Positions 19,408 through 28,751 of a stretch of DNA of 45,305 nt are shown here, piece by piece. Both the position numbers and the translations under genes were made by a program. The notes beneath the pieces were generated by a model that saw only the letters and a list, made by a program, of their open reading frames with translations, was not told the DNA's origin and searched no databases. The DNA lies in contig JBIOXB010000212.1 in assembly GCA_044869275.1 (NCBI GenBank), positions 1 to 45,305 of the forward strand. Direction: 5' to 3'. This stretch comes from a bacterium (GTDB lineage Bacteria; Zhuqueibacterota; Zhuqueibacteria; Zhuqueibacterales; Zhuqueibacteraceae). How positions within the stretch are numbered: position 1 is the stretch's first letter; the number at the start of each line of letters is the position of its first letter.

Positions 19408-19512
19408 CTGGATGCACGATGCTGGATACTGGAGGCTCGATACTGGAGGTATTGAGTATCGAACCTCCAGGATCTAGAATCAAGCATCCAGCATCCAGTA
19501 TCCAGCATCCAG
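19408..19512. repeat. Heptamer tandem + inverted array
   Basis: TGGATGC ACGATGC TGGATAC TGGAGGC TCGATAC ... TCAAGCA TCCAGCA TCCAGTA TCCAGCA TCCAG. Confidence 0.85.
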
Positions 19513-19528
19513 AAACGAGGAACATACT

Positions 19529-20188
19529 ATGCCAACCCCACTTTACCCACAAGGGTTATTCAGCGAGCAAACCAGCTTCTTGATCGCGTTCCTGATCGGC
19601 ATTCTGTTTGGCTTCACCCTGGAACGTGCCGGCTTCGGCAGCGCACGCAAGCTGGCAATGCAGTTTTATTTTCGTGACCTGACCGTGTTGAAAGTCATGT
19701 TCACCGCCATCGTCGTGGCGATGGTTGGCTTGTTGTATCTCAATTGGATGGAAGTGCTTGACCTTGCACAAATATCGCTCAATCCCACCTATCTGTGGCC
19801 CCAGATCGCGGGCGGCGCAGTCATGGGCGTTGGTTTTGTGGTCGGGGGATACTGCCCCGGCACCTCGCTCGTTGCCAGCGCCACCGGGAAGGTGGATGGC
19901 CTGATCTATGTCCTCGGGGCGTTGTCTGGCATGTTGATCTATGGCGAAACCTTTCCCGCATTTTCGAGTTTCGCGGAGAGCGGCGAGCTCGGCGAACGCA
20001 CGCTGAGCGACTGGCTCGAGTTGCGTCCTGGCGTAGTGGCGTTGCTCGTCATCTTGATGGCCTTGGGAATGTTCTACGGCGCGGAAACACTCGAAAAGAA
20101 ATTCGGTAAAAAGCCCATGACTTTGGCTTCCCGTACCACGAACGGCAATGCGGCCGAGGCCAAATTACAACTGGAGCAGAACGTATGA
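19529..20188 (+). CDS. YeeE/YedE-family sulfur-compound transporter, half 2
   Basis: GILFGFTLERAGF, DLTVLKVMFTAI and GGYCPGTS motifs. Confidence 0.9.
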   Translation: MPTPLYPQGLFSEQTSFLIAFLIGILFGFTLERAGFGSARKLAMQFYFRDLTVLKVMFTAIVVAMVGLLYLNWMEVLDLAQISLNPTYLWPQIAGGAVMGVGFVVGGYCPGTSLVASATGKVDGLIYVLGALSGMLIYGETFPAFSSFAESGELGERTLSDWLELRPGVVALLVILMALGMFYGAETLEKKFGKKPMTLASRTTNGNAAEAKLQLEQNV

Positions 20189-20820
20189 AATGGCTGAGTT
20201 TGTTGGATCGTCGCTTTGGCGCCGCATTGTTGGTTATTCTCGGTGCGCTGTTGGCGCTGTCGCCCGCAGGGTTGCGCAAAAGCACCGTGATCTCGCCGCG
20301 GCAACTGGCGGAAGCCATTACCAATGAGCAAGATCACGTGACGGCGGAAGAGGTGGCGCAGTGGCTGATCGACAAAAAGCCGGATTTGCTGGTGATAGAT
20401 CTGCGCTCCGCCGAGGAATATGCGCAGTATCACCTTCCGCAGGCCGTGCATATTCCGTTCAATGAATTGTTCCAGGGCGAAGCAGAGGCATTGATGTCGG
20501 GCGACAAAACCGTCGTGTTGTGCTCGAACGGCGGTACGCACGCGGCGCAGGCATGGGTGCTGCTCAAACAGAAGGGGATTGAGAGCTACGTTTTATTGGG
20601 AGGATTGAATTATTGGACGGAGGCCATCTTGAATCCCAAAGCGCCGAACGATTTGGCGGCTGATGCCGAAATTTTGAAGTATCAGTTTCGCAAAGGCGCG
20701 TCAGGATATTTTGGCGGCAGCGAGGTGACCCCGGCGCGGAGCGATAGCTCCGCGGAATCGGCGAAACCCAAAATTACCATCGACGGCAAGCAAAGGAAAA
20801 AAGCGCGCGCGGGGTGTTGA
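20185..20820 (+). CDS. Membrane-anchored rhodanese-domain protein with C-terminal Gly-Cys tail
   Basis: N-terminal TM; IDLRSAEEY..HLPQA and active-site loop LCSNGGTHA; ends ...KQRKKARAGC. Confidence 0.88.
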   Translation: MKWLSLLDRRFGAALLVILGALLALSPAGLRKSTVISPRQLAEAITNEQDHVTAEEVAQWLIDKKPDLLVIDLRSAEEYAQYHLPQAVHIPFNELFQGEAEALMSGDKTVVLCSNGGTHAAQAWVLLKQKGIESYVLLGGLNYWTEAILNPKAPNDLAADAEILKYQFRKGASGYFGGSEVTPARSDSSAESAKPKITIDGKQRKKARAGC

Positions 20821-20848
20821 AAGGCGCGCTACCACACTTGACCAGCCC

Positions 20849-21322
20849 TCAAGCATTCACGCTTTTAATCACCGGTTCGACGAAAACTTCAGCGCGAATC
20901 GACCTCGCGATCAAGCAGGCGCGATGCGCCTCGTGCAGGGTTTTTTCTGCCGCGGGAATGGCGCTGGCATCGGCCACGACGATCGTGGGGCGCAACATCA
21001 CCTTGGTGAAACGATAACCGCCCTCGGTAAATTCCAGCACGCCCTCGGCATGACTTTGATAAGCAACGAGAGGCAAATTGAGCTTTTGGGCAAAGGCAAT
21101 AAAAGTCGTCATCGTGCATGCTTCGACGGCGGCGACAAACAAGTCCTCCGGCGTCCACACCCCAGCTTCACCCTTGAATTCCGGTGGACTGGCCACGCGA
21201 AACCCGGGCTTGCCTTCGGCACGCAGCCAGCCGGCGCGATTGTCGCTCCATTGCAGCGCGGTGTGATAGTTAAACGATTTGTATTTGGTTTTGAGCGGTG
21301 GTGCGGTCGTTACCGGTTCCAT
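20849..21322 (-). CDS. OsmC/Ohr-family protein
   Basis: PPEFKG..WTPEDLFVAAVEAC...AHRACLIARSI, with two conserved Cys. Confidence 0.9.
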   Translation of the reverse strand: MEPVTTAPPLKTKYKSFNYHTALQWSDNRAGWLRAEGKPGFRVASPPEFKGEAGVWTPEDLFVAAVEACTMTTFIAFAQKLNLPLVAYQSHAEGVLEFTEGGYRFTKVMLRPTIVVADASAIPAAEKTLHEAHRACLIARSIRAEVFVEPVIKSVNA

Positions 21323-21430
21323 GATTGACTCTCCTTCAACAATTTGTCATCGCTTGATTTCAACCGTTGGTCGTTTTTATTCGTTTGGCAGTTTTTTTGT
21401 GTCTAAAGCGACCGCTCTCATCACGGATTT

Positions 21431-22168
21431 TCAGCTCAAATGCCCTGCGAAGAAAATTTTCAACTTCGCTTCTGCGAGCTGTGTCACCAGCGCGATCGCG
21501 GTTTCAAGCGCGAAATTCTCCGCATTGATCACGACATCATACGCGCACGGATCATCGGGCTTGCTGTGGAAATGCCGCTCCAGGAACTTTTTTTGCGCTT
21601 GGTCAAGCTCGGCAAGCAGTTGGACTGCACGTTTCTCGACACATCTATGCTCTTGCATGAACCTCTGGACGCGCGCGGCCAGAGGCGCCACGATGCGCAC
21701 CCGCACGCCGCTTTCAGCGGGCAGGATCAAATGTGCGCCGCGCCCGACGATCACGGCCTCGCCGCATTGCGCAATACTGAGCAGACCCTGAGTGAGATGA
21801 TACAAATACTGCGTGTTGTCCAGGATCTGATTGGTAAAAAGATTGCGCAGGTAGGTATCCAGCTCGCTTTGCACGTGCTCGTCGAACCGAGCCACCAGCT
21901 CCTCGCGCACATGCGTGCGACTGGCAATGGCTTCGAGAATCTCACGATCGTAGAGCTGCCAATGCAGTTTTTCGGCGAGCGCGACGGCAAGCGCATTGCC
22001 ACTGCTACCCACCTCGCGCGAAATGCTGATATACGGGCCCAATTTGCGTCCCGGCGCGCGCAGCGCCGGCGTTCCCTGCCGTTGCCCCTCTTCACGACAC
22101 CGTTCACTCCATTGCATGTGCCGTGCAATCTGCTTCTCGACGGGGATTTCACGAAAGATCTTGCTCAT
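21431..22168 (-). CDS. Cytidylate kinase-like family protein
   Basis: YISISREVGSSG, LYDREIL, VIVGRGA and YDVVIN motifs; RBS AAGGAGG before ATG 22168. Confidence 0.88.
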   Translation of the reverse strand: MSKIFREIPVEKQIARHMQWSERCREEGQRQGTPALRAPGRKLGPYISISREVGSSGNALAVALAEKLHWQLYDREILEAIASRTHVREELVARFDEHVQSELDTYLRNLFTNQILDNTQYLYHLTQGLLSIAQCGEAVIVGRGAHLILPAESGVRVRIVAPLAARVQRFMQEHRCVEKRAVQLLAELDQAQKKFLERHFHSKPDDPCAYDVVINAENFALETAIALVTQLAEAKLKIFFAGHLS

Positions 22169-22208
22169 GATCGCCTCCTTGGCGCAAAAGTAGTCGAGGC
22201 GAGGAAAT

Positions 22209-22709
22209 TTACAGCAATTCCGCTTTTTGCAGAACTTTGAGATCCACTTCACGGATTTCCGCCAGGCTGAAGCGGTTGACTTTCGCCATTTGCATCTCGT
22301 CCATCACGTCGACCATTTGATGATATTTGCTTTTACGATCGACTTTGATCAGCGTCACGAGCTTGGGGTTGTTCTCGTTGTGCATGATCAAGAACTTGCG
22401 CAATTCCTTGAAATCCAGCGGCTGCGGCGTTTCGATGCCGAAGTTCCAAAACATGCGGCCATCCGCCATCACCCGCAAGGTGAGTAGATTGGATTCCGCC
22501 ACCTCCACTTCCGTTTCCTGCGGGGGCAGATTGATTTCCATGGTTTGCGGCCGGCGGAACACGCTGGTCAGCATGAAAAACGTCAGCAGCAGGAAAGCGA
22601 TATCCACCATCGGCGTCATGTCGATGCGAATGCCGAGGCGCCGCGTCTTGTGCTTTTTCTTGCCCTTTCTTTTATCCGGGCGAGAGGCTTCACCGCCAAC
22701 ATCTGCCAT
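22209..22709 (-). CDS. exbD: ExbD/TolR family protein
   Basis: IDMTPMVDIAFLLLTFFML TM segment with the conserved Asp. Confidence 0.92.
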   Translation of the reverse strand: MADVGGEASRPDKRKGKKKHKTRRLGIRIDMTPMVDIAFLLLTFFMLTSVFRRPQTMEINLPPQETEVEVAESNLLTLRVMADGRMFWNFGIETPQPLDFKELRKFLIMHNENNPKLVTLIKVDRKSKYHQMVDVMDEMQMAKVNRFSLAEIREVDLKVLQKAELL

Positions 22710-22723
22710 GATCGATCACCTCG

Positions 22724-23191
22724 CTATTCGCTTTGTTCCAAGTTCGTTACCAGATTGAAACGCGACAAATTGACTTTTTGCAGAATATCCATGACGTCCA
22801 AAACCGGGCCATATTCGGTGTTGCGGTCACTTTTGATTACGGCGCGCAGCTTGGGATTGGCGACGCGGGCTTCCACCAACTTGCGCGACAACTCGCTCAA
22901 TTGAATGGGCATGTCGGTCCTGAGCATGTTCTCCTGGCCAAAGAGCCTGGCGCGCAAGAATTGCGAATCCACCCCCAGGTATAACGCGCCCTCTTTGTCG
23001 ATGGTGATGACCATCACGTCGGTTTCCGGCAGTTTGATTTGCGAATGCGAATCCGGCAGAATGACGTCCACCTCCGCCGGCGGCCGGAACTGCGTGGTGA
23101 GCATGAAAAACGTCAGCAGCAGGAAGGCGACATCCACCATCGGCGTCATGTCAATGCGAACGCCCATGCGGGCCTTCTTGATTTTAGGCAT
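22724..23191 (-). CDS. exbD: ExbD/TolR family protein
   Basis: IDMTPMVDVAFLLLTFFML; IKSDRNTEYGPVLDVMDIL. Start is 23191 or 23200. Confidence 0.92.
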   Translation of the reverse strand: MPKIKKARMGVRIDMTPMVDVAFLLLTFFMLTTQFRPPAEVDVILPDSHSQIKLPETDVMVITIDKEGALYLGVDSQFLRARLFGQENMLRTDMPIQLSELSRKLVEARVANPKLRAVIKSDRNTEYGPVLDVMDILQKVNLSRFNLVTNLEQSE

Positions 23192-23224
23192 GGCAATCAC
23201 CCGTCTTTCGGTTTGTGGTTTTGG

Positions 23225-23362
23225 TGATGCTTGATTCTCGATACTTGATACTCGATGCTTGATTCACAATGATTGATCGAGGTGACGATTCTGTGCTCAC
23301 CCAATTGGGCTATCATCAGCGTCCTGCATCTAGCATCCAGAATCCAGCAACCAGCATCCAAC
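23225..23362. repeat. Heptamer tandem + inverted array
   Basis: TTGATTC TCGATAC TTGATAC TCGATGC TTGATTC ... TCTAGCA TCCAGAA TCCAGCA ACCAGCA TCCAACC. Confidence 0.8.
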
Positions 23363-23364
23363 CC

Positions 23365-24129
23365 CTAAGAAGCGGCGATCTTCTCTTCGCCGTTACCCGT
23401 CAAGATCTCCACGACCGTATAGCTGGCTTCGTCGATCATGTAGGTGAAATTATCCACCTTGGTAACGAAATAATTGTAAAACACGATTCCAACAATTGCG
23501 GCGGCCAGGCCGCCGGCAGTGTTGATCAACGCCTCGGAAATACCGACAGACAATTGCACGGCGTCCGGCGCACCGGCATGCGCCAAAGCGCGAAACGCGC
23601 GAATCATGCCGATGGTCGTGCCAAGCAAACCGACCATCGTTGCAATCGAAGCAATGGTGGAGAGCGCAACGAGATTCTTCTCCAGCAACGGCACTTCGAG
23701 CATGGTGGCTTGATCAATGGCGCGTTGCGTTTCGCTCACGACCTTTTCCTGGTCGCCGTGCGTGCGTTGGTTCACGGTCTTGTAGCGTTCCAGTCCGGCG
23801 CGAATGATGTTCGCCAGCGAGCCGCGTTGTTGATCACAAGCTTGCAGCGCGGTCTCCACTTTGCCGTCCATCAAGTCGCGTTGCACGTTGTGCAGAAAAT
23901 TTGCCAATGCGCCGCGGCCGCGCGCCTTGGTGAGCGACAACCAGCGCTCGACGATGAAGGTGATGTCCATCATCAATAACGCCATCAGTACGATCACCAA
24001 CGGGCCGCCTTTGTAAATGAACTCCAGGCCGTATCTGTCTTGGGGCGCGCCCAAGATCGCGAAAAAGACGTAAGTCGAAATCGCGAACTCGATCAGGACT
24101 ACGAGCACCAAAAAAACCTCTCTACGCAT
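23365..24129 (-). CDS. exbB: MotA/TolQ/ExbB proton channel protein
   Basis: LSTIASIATMVGLLGTTIGMIRAF and GISEALINTAGGL; RBS AAAGGAGG. Confidence 0.93.
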   Translation of the reverse strand: MRREVFLVLVVLIEFAISTYVFFAILGAPQDRYGLEFIYKGGPLVIVLMALLMMDITFIVERWLSLTKARGRGALANFLHNVQRDLMDGKVETALQACDQQRGSLANIIRAGLERYKTVNQRTHGDQEKVVSETQRAIDQATMLEVPLLEKNLVALSTIASIATMVGLLGTTIGMIRAFRALAHAGAPDAVQLSVGISEALINTAGGLAAAIVGIVFYNYFVTKVDNFTYMIDEASYTVVEILTGNGEEKIAAS

Positions 24130-24302
24130 CTTGTGCCTCCTTTCAGGTTAAATCACTTCGCCTTTTCGTCCCCTCCCGCACCAGGCGGGAGGAATCTCGT
24201 GGTGGTGAAAAGCATGTGGATGCCGCCCGCCCTATGCAGGTCGGGAATACCCTTCGGGCTTCGTGATAAAATCGCTCATGGCATGCTGGGACTGAACCCT
24301 GA

Positions 24303-25946
24303 TTACTGAAACTGTTCCAGCATTTCCAGCCCCTTTTGTGCATCCGCATTCTTGGCATTGATCTGCAGAACTTTCTGGTACGCCGTTTTCGCTTCGGCAA
24401 ACTGGCGGCTCAATGCCGAGCCCTGTGCCAGCCACAGCCAGCCGTATTCGCTTTTCGGATCCAATTCGACATGCTTGCGCAAATGCTGTGTGGCCTTCGG
24501 ATAATTTTTTCGGATGAGATTGTAATAGCCAATCTGCTTGTACGCCTCCGACTGTTTGGGATCGAGCTTGAGCACTGCTTCATACTCGGCCTCGGCTTGT
24601 GCGAAGGAATCGACTTGCGCAAATGTGCGCGCCAGGGACAGACGGCCGTCGAGATGCTCAGGCTTGTAGTGCAAACCCTTCTTCAAAACCGGAATCGCCG
24701 CCTGCCAATCCGACAAGCCGATATAGGCGATGCCCTTATTGAAGTAGGCCCCGGCCGCCGTGGTATCCGTGCTGATTTTTTTGTCAAAACAGGGCACGGC
24801 CTCGGCATAACGCTTTTGAATCACCAACAGTGTGCCCAGATCGAAGTACACCTCTGACAGTGTGGAATCCAGCTCGACCGCATGTCGATATTGTTGGATC
24901 GCTTCGTCGTACTTTTTCTGTTTGGTCAAGCTGCGTCCCCAGCGCACATAATCCTCGGTCTGTAAGCCGGTGCCGTTTGTCGGTGGTGTCAAGCTGGCAT
25001 ACATTTTCGCGGCGTTCTCGTAATCGCGATTTTCGTAGTACAGATTCGCCAGCAACCGCTGCGCTTCAGCTGTGGGATTCAGTGCCACGGCTCTCTGCGC
25101 ATGAGGCAATGCGCTGACGACCTGGCGGCTGGCATACAATGACTTTGCCAGCAAGAAATAAGCGGGATAGAAATCGGTCTTGATTTTGATGAAATACTCG
25201 AGCGCGGCAGCGGCTTCGGCATAGCGCTTGCCGGCGTAGTACAAGTTCCCCAGGTCGAAATATGCCTCGGTATAGTTCGAATCGAGGCGCACCACTTCCT
25301 TGAATTCGATCAGCGCTTCGTTGAACAGCTTTTCTTTCTGCAAGTATTTGCCGAGCGTGTAGTGTACCTCGATCCAATTGGGGTCGCGTCGCAAGGCTTC
25401 GCGATAATTGTCAATGGCCAGTGCCGGCACTTTTTGCTTGGCATAGGCCTCCGCAATCGCACGATAGACTTTCGGGTTTTCCGGATTCGCCTCACGTGCC
25501 TTCAACAATGCGACGGTGGCCTGATCGAGCGAATCGCACGACAAGTAGAGCTGGCCACGGCCATAGAAGAACCGCGAGGGATTTTCTTTCAGTTTCAGGC
25601 CTTCATTAAAGGCGGCGCGGGCCTCGTCCAATTTTCCCAATTCCACGCACAGCACGCCGAAGGAATAAACATAATCGCCGTTTTTGCTGTTCAGGTCGCG
25701 CGCTGTTTTCAGCTCGGGATAGGCCTCCTCGCGCTTGCCGGTTTCCCACAATGACAGTCCTAAATAATACCGGGCTTGCTCGGAAGAGGGATCGCGCGCC
25801 AGCTCGCTGCGCAGCAAGGCCAGGGCCTCGTCATATTTCTTGTGACGATAGGCTTCCTGCGCTTGCGCCAGCTGCGACTGTTGGGCGGAAACCGCGACGG
25901 CGCCGCACAAGGCGACTGCCAGGAGAATGAACTTTGCAGATCTCAT
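24303..25946 (-). CDS. Secreted tetratricopeptide-repeat protein
   Basis: Sec signal, then about 14 TPR-like repeats (e.g. AYFDLGNLYYAGKRYAEAAAALE). Confidence 0.92.
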   Translation of the reverse strand: MRSAKFILLAVALCGAVAVSAQQSQLAQAQEAYRHKKYDEALALLRSELARDPSSEQARYYLGLSLWETGKREEAYPELKTARDLNSKNGDYVYSFGVLCVELGKLDEARAAFNEGLKLKENPSRFFYGRGQLYLSCDSLDQATVALLKAREANPENPKVYRAIAEAYAKQKVPALAIDNYREALRRDPNWIEVHYTLGKYLQKEKLFNEALIEFKEVVRLDSNYTEAYFDLGNLYYAGKRYAEAAAALEYFIKIKTDFYPAYFLLAKSLYASRQVVSALPHAQRAVALNPTAEAQRLLANLYYENRDYENAAKMYASLTPPTNGTGLQTEDYVRWGRSLTKQKKYDEAIQQYRHAVELDSTLSEVYFDLGTLLVIQKRYAEAVPCFDKKISTDTTAAGAYFNKGIAYIGLSDWQAAIPVLKKGLHYKPEHLDGRLSLARTFAQVDSFAQAEAEYEAVLKLDPKQSEAYKQIGYYNLIRKNYPKATQHLRKHVELDPKSEYGWLWLAQGSALSRQFAEAKTAYQKVLQINAKNADAQKGLEMLEQFQ

Positions 25947-25958
25947 GTCTTACTCCGC

Positions 25959-26864
25959 CTAACGAAACTTCACGAGTTTCACCGGCATCGTCGCCGGTAC
26001 GAGACCGGCGTTTAGAATCAGTTTTTGACCCGCCGCACTGGTTACGAAAGAAATCAAACCCACGGCTACGCCCAAGCTGCGATCCCGTGAATACAAGTAC
26101 AACCGCCGGCTCAGCGGATAATCCCCGCGATGCACCGAAGCTTGGTACAGCGCCACATAATTTGTCGTCGTGTCCTTCGCCACTTTCAGCACCTTAATCT
26201 TGGCATCTTTCGCACCGAGCGACGCCACGGAATCGCTCAACCAAGCCGAGCTTACAAAGCCAAGCCCGTTCTTGCGCTGCGCGATCGTTTCCAGCATTTT
26301 GGCGCTGGAGGGGCAAACGTAGGTTGACCGCGAGAAAGCCGTATCGTGCACGGCACGCGCCAGCATGAGTTCGGCGGTGCCGGTGTTGCGGGACAATGCC
26401 ACCGGCAGGATCGGCTGATGCAGGCCGCCGACTTCGTGCCAATCCCGTATTTCTCCCCGATAAATGGCGCCGATTTGCGCCAGATTCAAAGCCGCCACCG
26501 GGTTCCCGGGGTGTACCACCAGGGCCACGCCTTCAGTGGCAATGCAAAAAGAATCGACCGGAATATCATACGCGCGCGCGATTTGCTTTTCTTCCTCGTG
26601 CAGTTGTCTATCCAGGAAGATGGTCTTCATCTCTCCGCGGAGAAACTGCATAACGGTCTCGCGCGAGCTCGCCACCTGCATCGTGATCGTGGTCTTCTCA
26701 TACAAGCGCTGGAACTCTGCGATCTGATTCTGAGCGATCGGCGCAAGGCAGTCTGCAGACATGATCGCCAAACTGCCGCTGGTCGGCGAATCACCTTCTG
26801 GTCGCTGGCAGGCCAGCCACCAGAAGGCGAGCACTGGCCACCACTTTAGAACTCCAGGTTTCAT
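25959..26864 (-). CDS. PstS-like substrate-binding lipoprotein
   Basis: True start ATG 26864 (ATGA overlap); lipobox WLA-C; GVALVVHPGNPV, NTGTAEL and YPLSRRLYLY PBP-like motifs. Confidence 0.85.
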   Translation of the reverse strand: MKPGVLKWWPVLAFWWLACQRPEGDSPTSGSLAIMSADCLAPIAQNQIAEFQRLYEKTTITMQVASSRETVMQFLRGEMKTIFLDRQLHEEEKQIARAYDIPVDSFCIATEGVALVVHPGNPVAALNLAQIGAIYRGEIRDWHEVGGLHQPILPVALSRNTGTAELMLARAVHDTAFSRSTYVCPSSAKMLETIAQRKNGLGFVSSAWLSDSVASLGAKDAKIKVLKVAKDTTTNYVALYQASVHRGDYPLSRRLYLYSRDRSLGVAVGLISFVTSAAGQKLILNAGLVPATMPVKLVKFR

Positions 26865-27070
26865 ACTTCCCGCCTCGCTGTGGCTTTCACGATTACCGTT
26901 GCCAGCCGTAAAAGCCCGTAGAGCATGAAAATGATGCCGAACATGATCCGGAACTTCGCCTCCAAGTAGCTCAAATCGAACGCGTCGATCGCAATGCAAA
27001 ATCCGAACGCCACGAATGCGAGAGCCACCGCGAGCGTGAACAGGTCCAGAGTTTTGTTCAAGGCCTTCAA
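26861..27070 (-). CDS. Small two-TM membrane protein (69 aa)
   Basis: RBS GGAG and TTG 27070; MKALNKTLDLFTLAVALAFVAFGFCIAI...RIMFGIIFMLYGLLRL; translationally coupled to the PstS-like gene. Confidence 0.7.
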   Translation of the reverse strand: MKALNKTLDLFTLAVALAFVAFGFCIAIDAFDLSYLEAKFRIMFGIIFMLYGLLRLATVIVKATARREV

Positions 27071-27086
27071 GATTCGTCTCCAGGTG

Positions 27087-27842
27087 CTAATCCCGCAGTT
27101 GAAAATTGACGGGAATAACCATCCATACCATGATCGGGCGATCGTGTTGGATCGCCGGTTTGAAAACCCATTGCACCACGGCCGAAGTCGCGGCCTCATG
27201 GAAGATTTCCGGGCCCTGAAGAATCGCAGTACGCTTGACTTTGCCTTCCTTATCAATCAGGATTTTGACAAAGACTTTGCCTTGCATGCCGGCTTTGCGC
27301 GCCAGCTCCGGATAGATGGGCTCGACGCGCTTGACGACGGCGGGTGGCGTTTGGAATGGAATGAAGGCGTCCATGGCCGGCTCATCGTCTCCAAAAAGAA
27401 GACCTTCATCCGAAACCACCAGCGAGTCACCGCCGCCGGCGGCGCCTTCACCGGAAATCGGCGCCTGCAATTGCGCCATCTCCTCTTGCGTGGCGATTGT
27501 CGACTCTTCCGTAATCTGCGCATCGGGAACCGGAACCGGCACCCCGATGCTGGGACGCACCGCCGGTCCGCTGACCGCGATCGCGGGCGCTGCCGGTGCC
27601 GCGATCGAAGGCGGCGGCCCCAATTCGGCGACGTCTTTGATGACACGAATTCTAACCATGGGCGCGTCGGGATCTTCGCCGAGTATGCGTGCGCCGATCC
27701 ACGTACCCACACTCAAAACTTGGAATAAAATCGCCGCCAGCATCGCCCAGGAGAGATACTTGTTATAGACTTCCAACATCTCCGGCGCACCGTATGGAAA
27801 AAGATCGTGAAGGGTTCTGGCTTGTGCTTTCATTTTATTCAT
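27087..27842 (-). CDS. tonB: Energy transducer TonB (paralog 1)
   Basis: N-terminal TM, Pro-rich linker and TonB C-domain PIYPELARKAGMQGKVFVKILIDKEG...WVFKPA. Start uncertain (27833-27881). Confidence 0.9.
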   Translation of the reverse strand: MNKMKAQARTLHDLFPYGAPEMLEVYNKYLSWAMLAAILFQVLSVGTWIGARILGEDPDAPMVRIRVIKDVAELGPPPSIAAPAAPAIAVSGPAVRPSIGVPVPVPDAQITEESTIATQEEMAQLQAPISGEGAAGGGDSLVVSDEGLLFGDDEPAMDAFIPFQTPPAVVKRVEPIYPELARKAGMQGKVFVKILIDKEGKVKRTAILQGPEIFHEAATSAVVQWVFKPAIQHDRPIMVWMVIPVNFQLRD

Positions 27843-27955
27843 TCCGCCTGAAGTTGAAACTTCGGTAACCATGGCACTCAAGTTCTCGCCATTTTATTAA
27901 AGCTCCAGATACTTGGGTGTGCAAAGCGCCATGAGGGCTCACAGCAGATATCATC

Positions 27956-28696
27956 TCACCGCAGCTTGAATTCAAATGGGATCACCACCCAAACCGCCAC
28001 CGGGCGATCTTGCTGAATCGCCGGCTTGAAAACCCATTGCTGGGCGGCTGCGATCGCACCCTCGTGGAACATTTCCTCTCCCTTCATCACCACCGCTCTC
28101 TTGATTCTGCCTTCCTTGTCGACCAGCACTTTCACCCAGACCTTGCCCATCATACCAGCCTTGCGCGCGAGCTCCGGATAAACGGGCTCCATCCTCTTGA
28201 TCGCCACCGGTGGCGTTTGATAAGGAACGAACGCGTCGATCGCAGGGTCATCTTCGCCAAAGAGCAGGTCTCCATCCGAAACTACCAATGAGTCGCTGCT
28301 GCCCGCGCCGTCGTTCGTGATGGGCGCCTGGAGCTGGGCCAGTTCTTCCTGTGTCGCAATGGTCGCATCTTCCGTGATTTGCGCGTCGGGCACTGGAACA
28401 GGGACGCCGATGCTCGGCCGGACGGCAGGCCCACTTACCGCGATAGCCGGTGCCGCCGGCGCCGCAATTGAAGGCGGCGGCCCCAATTCTGCGACATCCT
28501 TGATCACGCGAATTCTTACTGAGGGCGCCTCGGACTCTGCGCCCAAAACGCGGGCGCCGATCCACGTGCCCAAGCCCAACACATGAGCGGAAATGGCCAC
28601 TAACATCGCCCATGCCAGATACTTGTTGTAAAGTTCCAACATTTCCGGCGCCCCGTAGGGAAACATATCACACATCGTTTTGGCTCGGGTGATCAT
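27956..28696 (-). CDS. tonB: Energy transducer TonB (paralog 2)
   Basis: TM with His (AISAHVLG), Pro-rich linker and PVYPELARKAGMMGKVWVKVLVDKEG. Start set at ATG 28696 (RBS GGGAG). Confidence 0.9.
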   Translation of the reverse strand: MITRAKTMCDMFPYGAPEMLELYNKYLAWAMLVAISAHVLGLGTWIGARVLGAESEAPSVRIRVIKDVAELGPPPSIAAPAAPAIAVSGPAVRPSIGVPVPVPDAQITEDATIATQEELAQLQAPITNDGAGSSDSLVVSDGDLLFGEDDPAIDAFVPYQTPPVAIKRMEPVYPELARKAGMMGKVWVKVLVDKEGRIKRAVVMKGEEMFHEGAIAAAQQWVFKPAIQQDRPVAVWVVIPFEFKLR

Positions 28697-28751
28697 CTTC
28701 TCCCGCCTGCGTTGAGATTTCGACAACGGCCACGCCATAATGTCTTGGCAT

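Noticed and set aside
20812..20841. Selenocysteine readthrough at the rhodanese GC-UGA end
   Set aside because: No convincing SECIS-like hairpin follows, and another UGA comes 7 codons later. A terminal Cys is the simpler reading.
25959..26864. Phosphate ABC transporter (pstSCAB)
   Set aside because: No pstC, pstA or pstB is adjacent. Only the binding-protein fold is supported, and the ligand is unknown.
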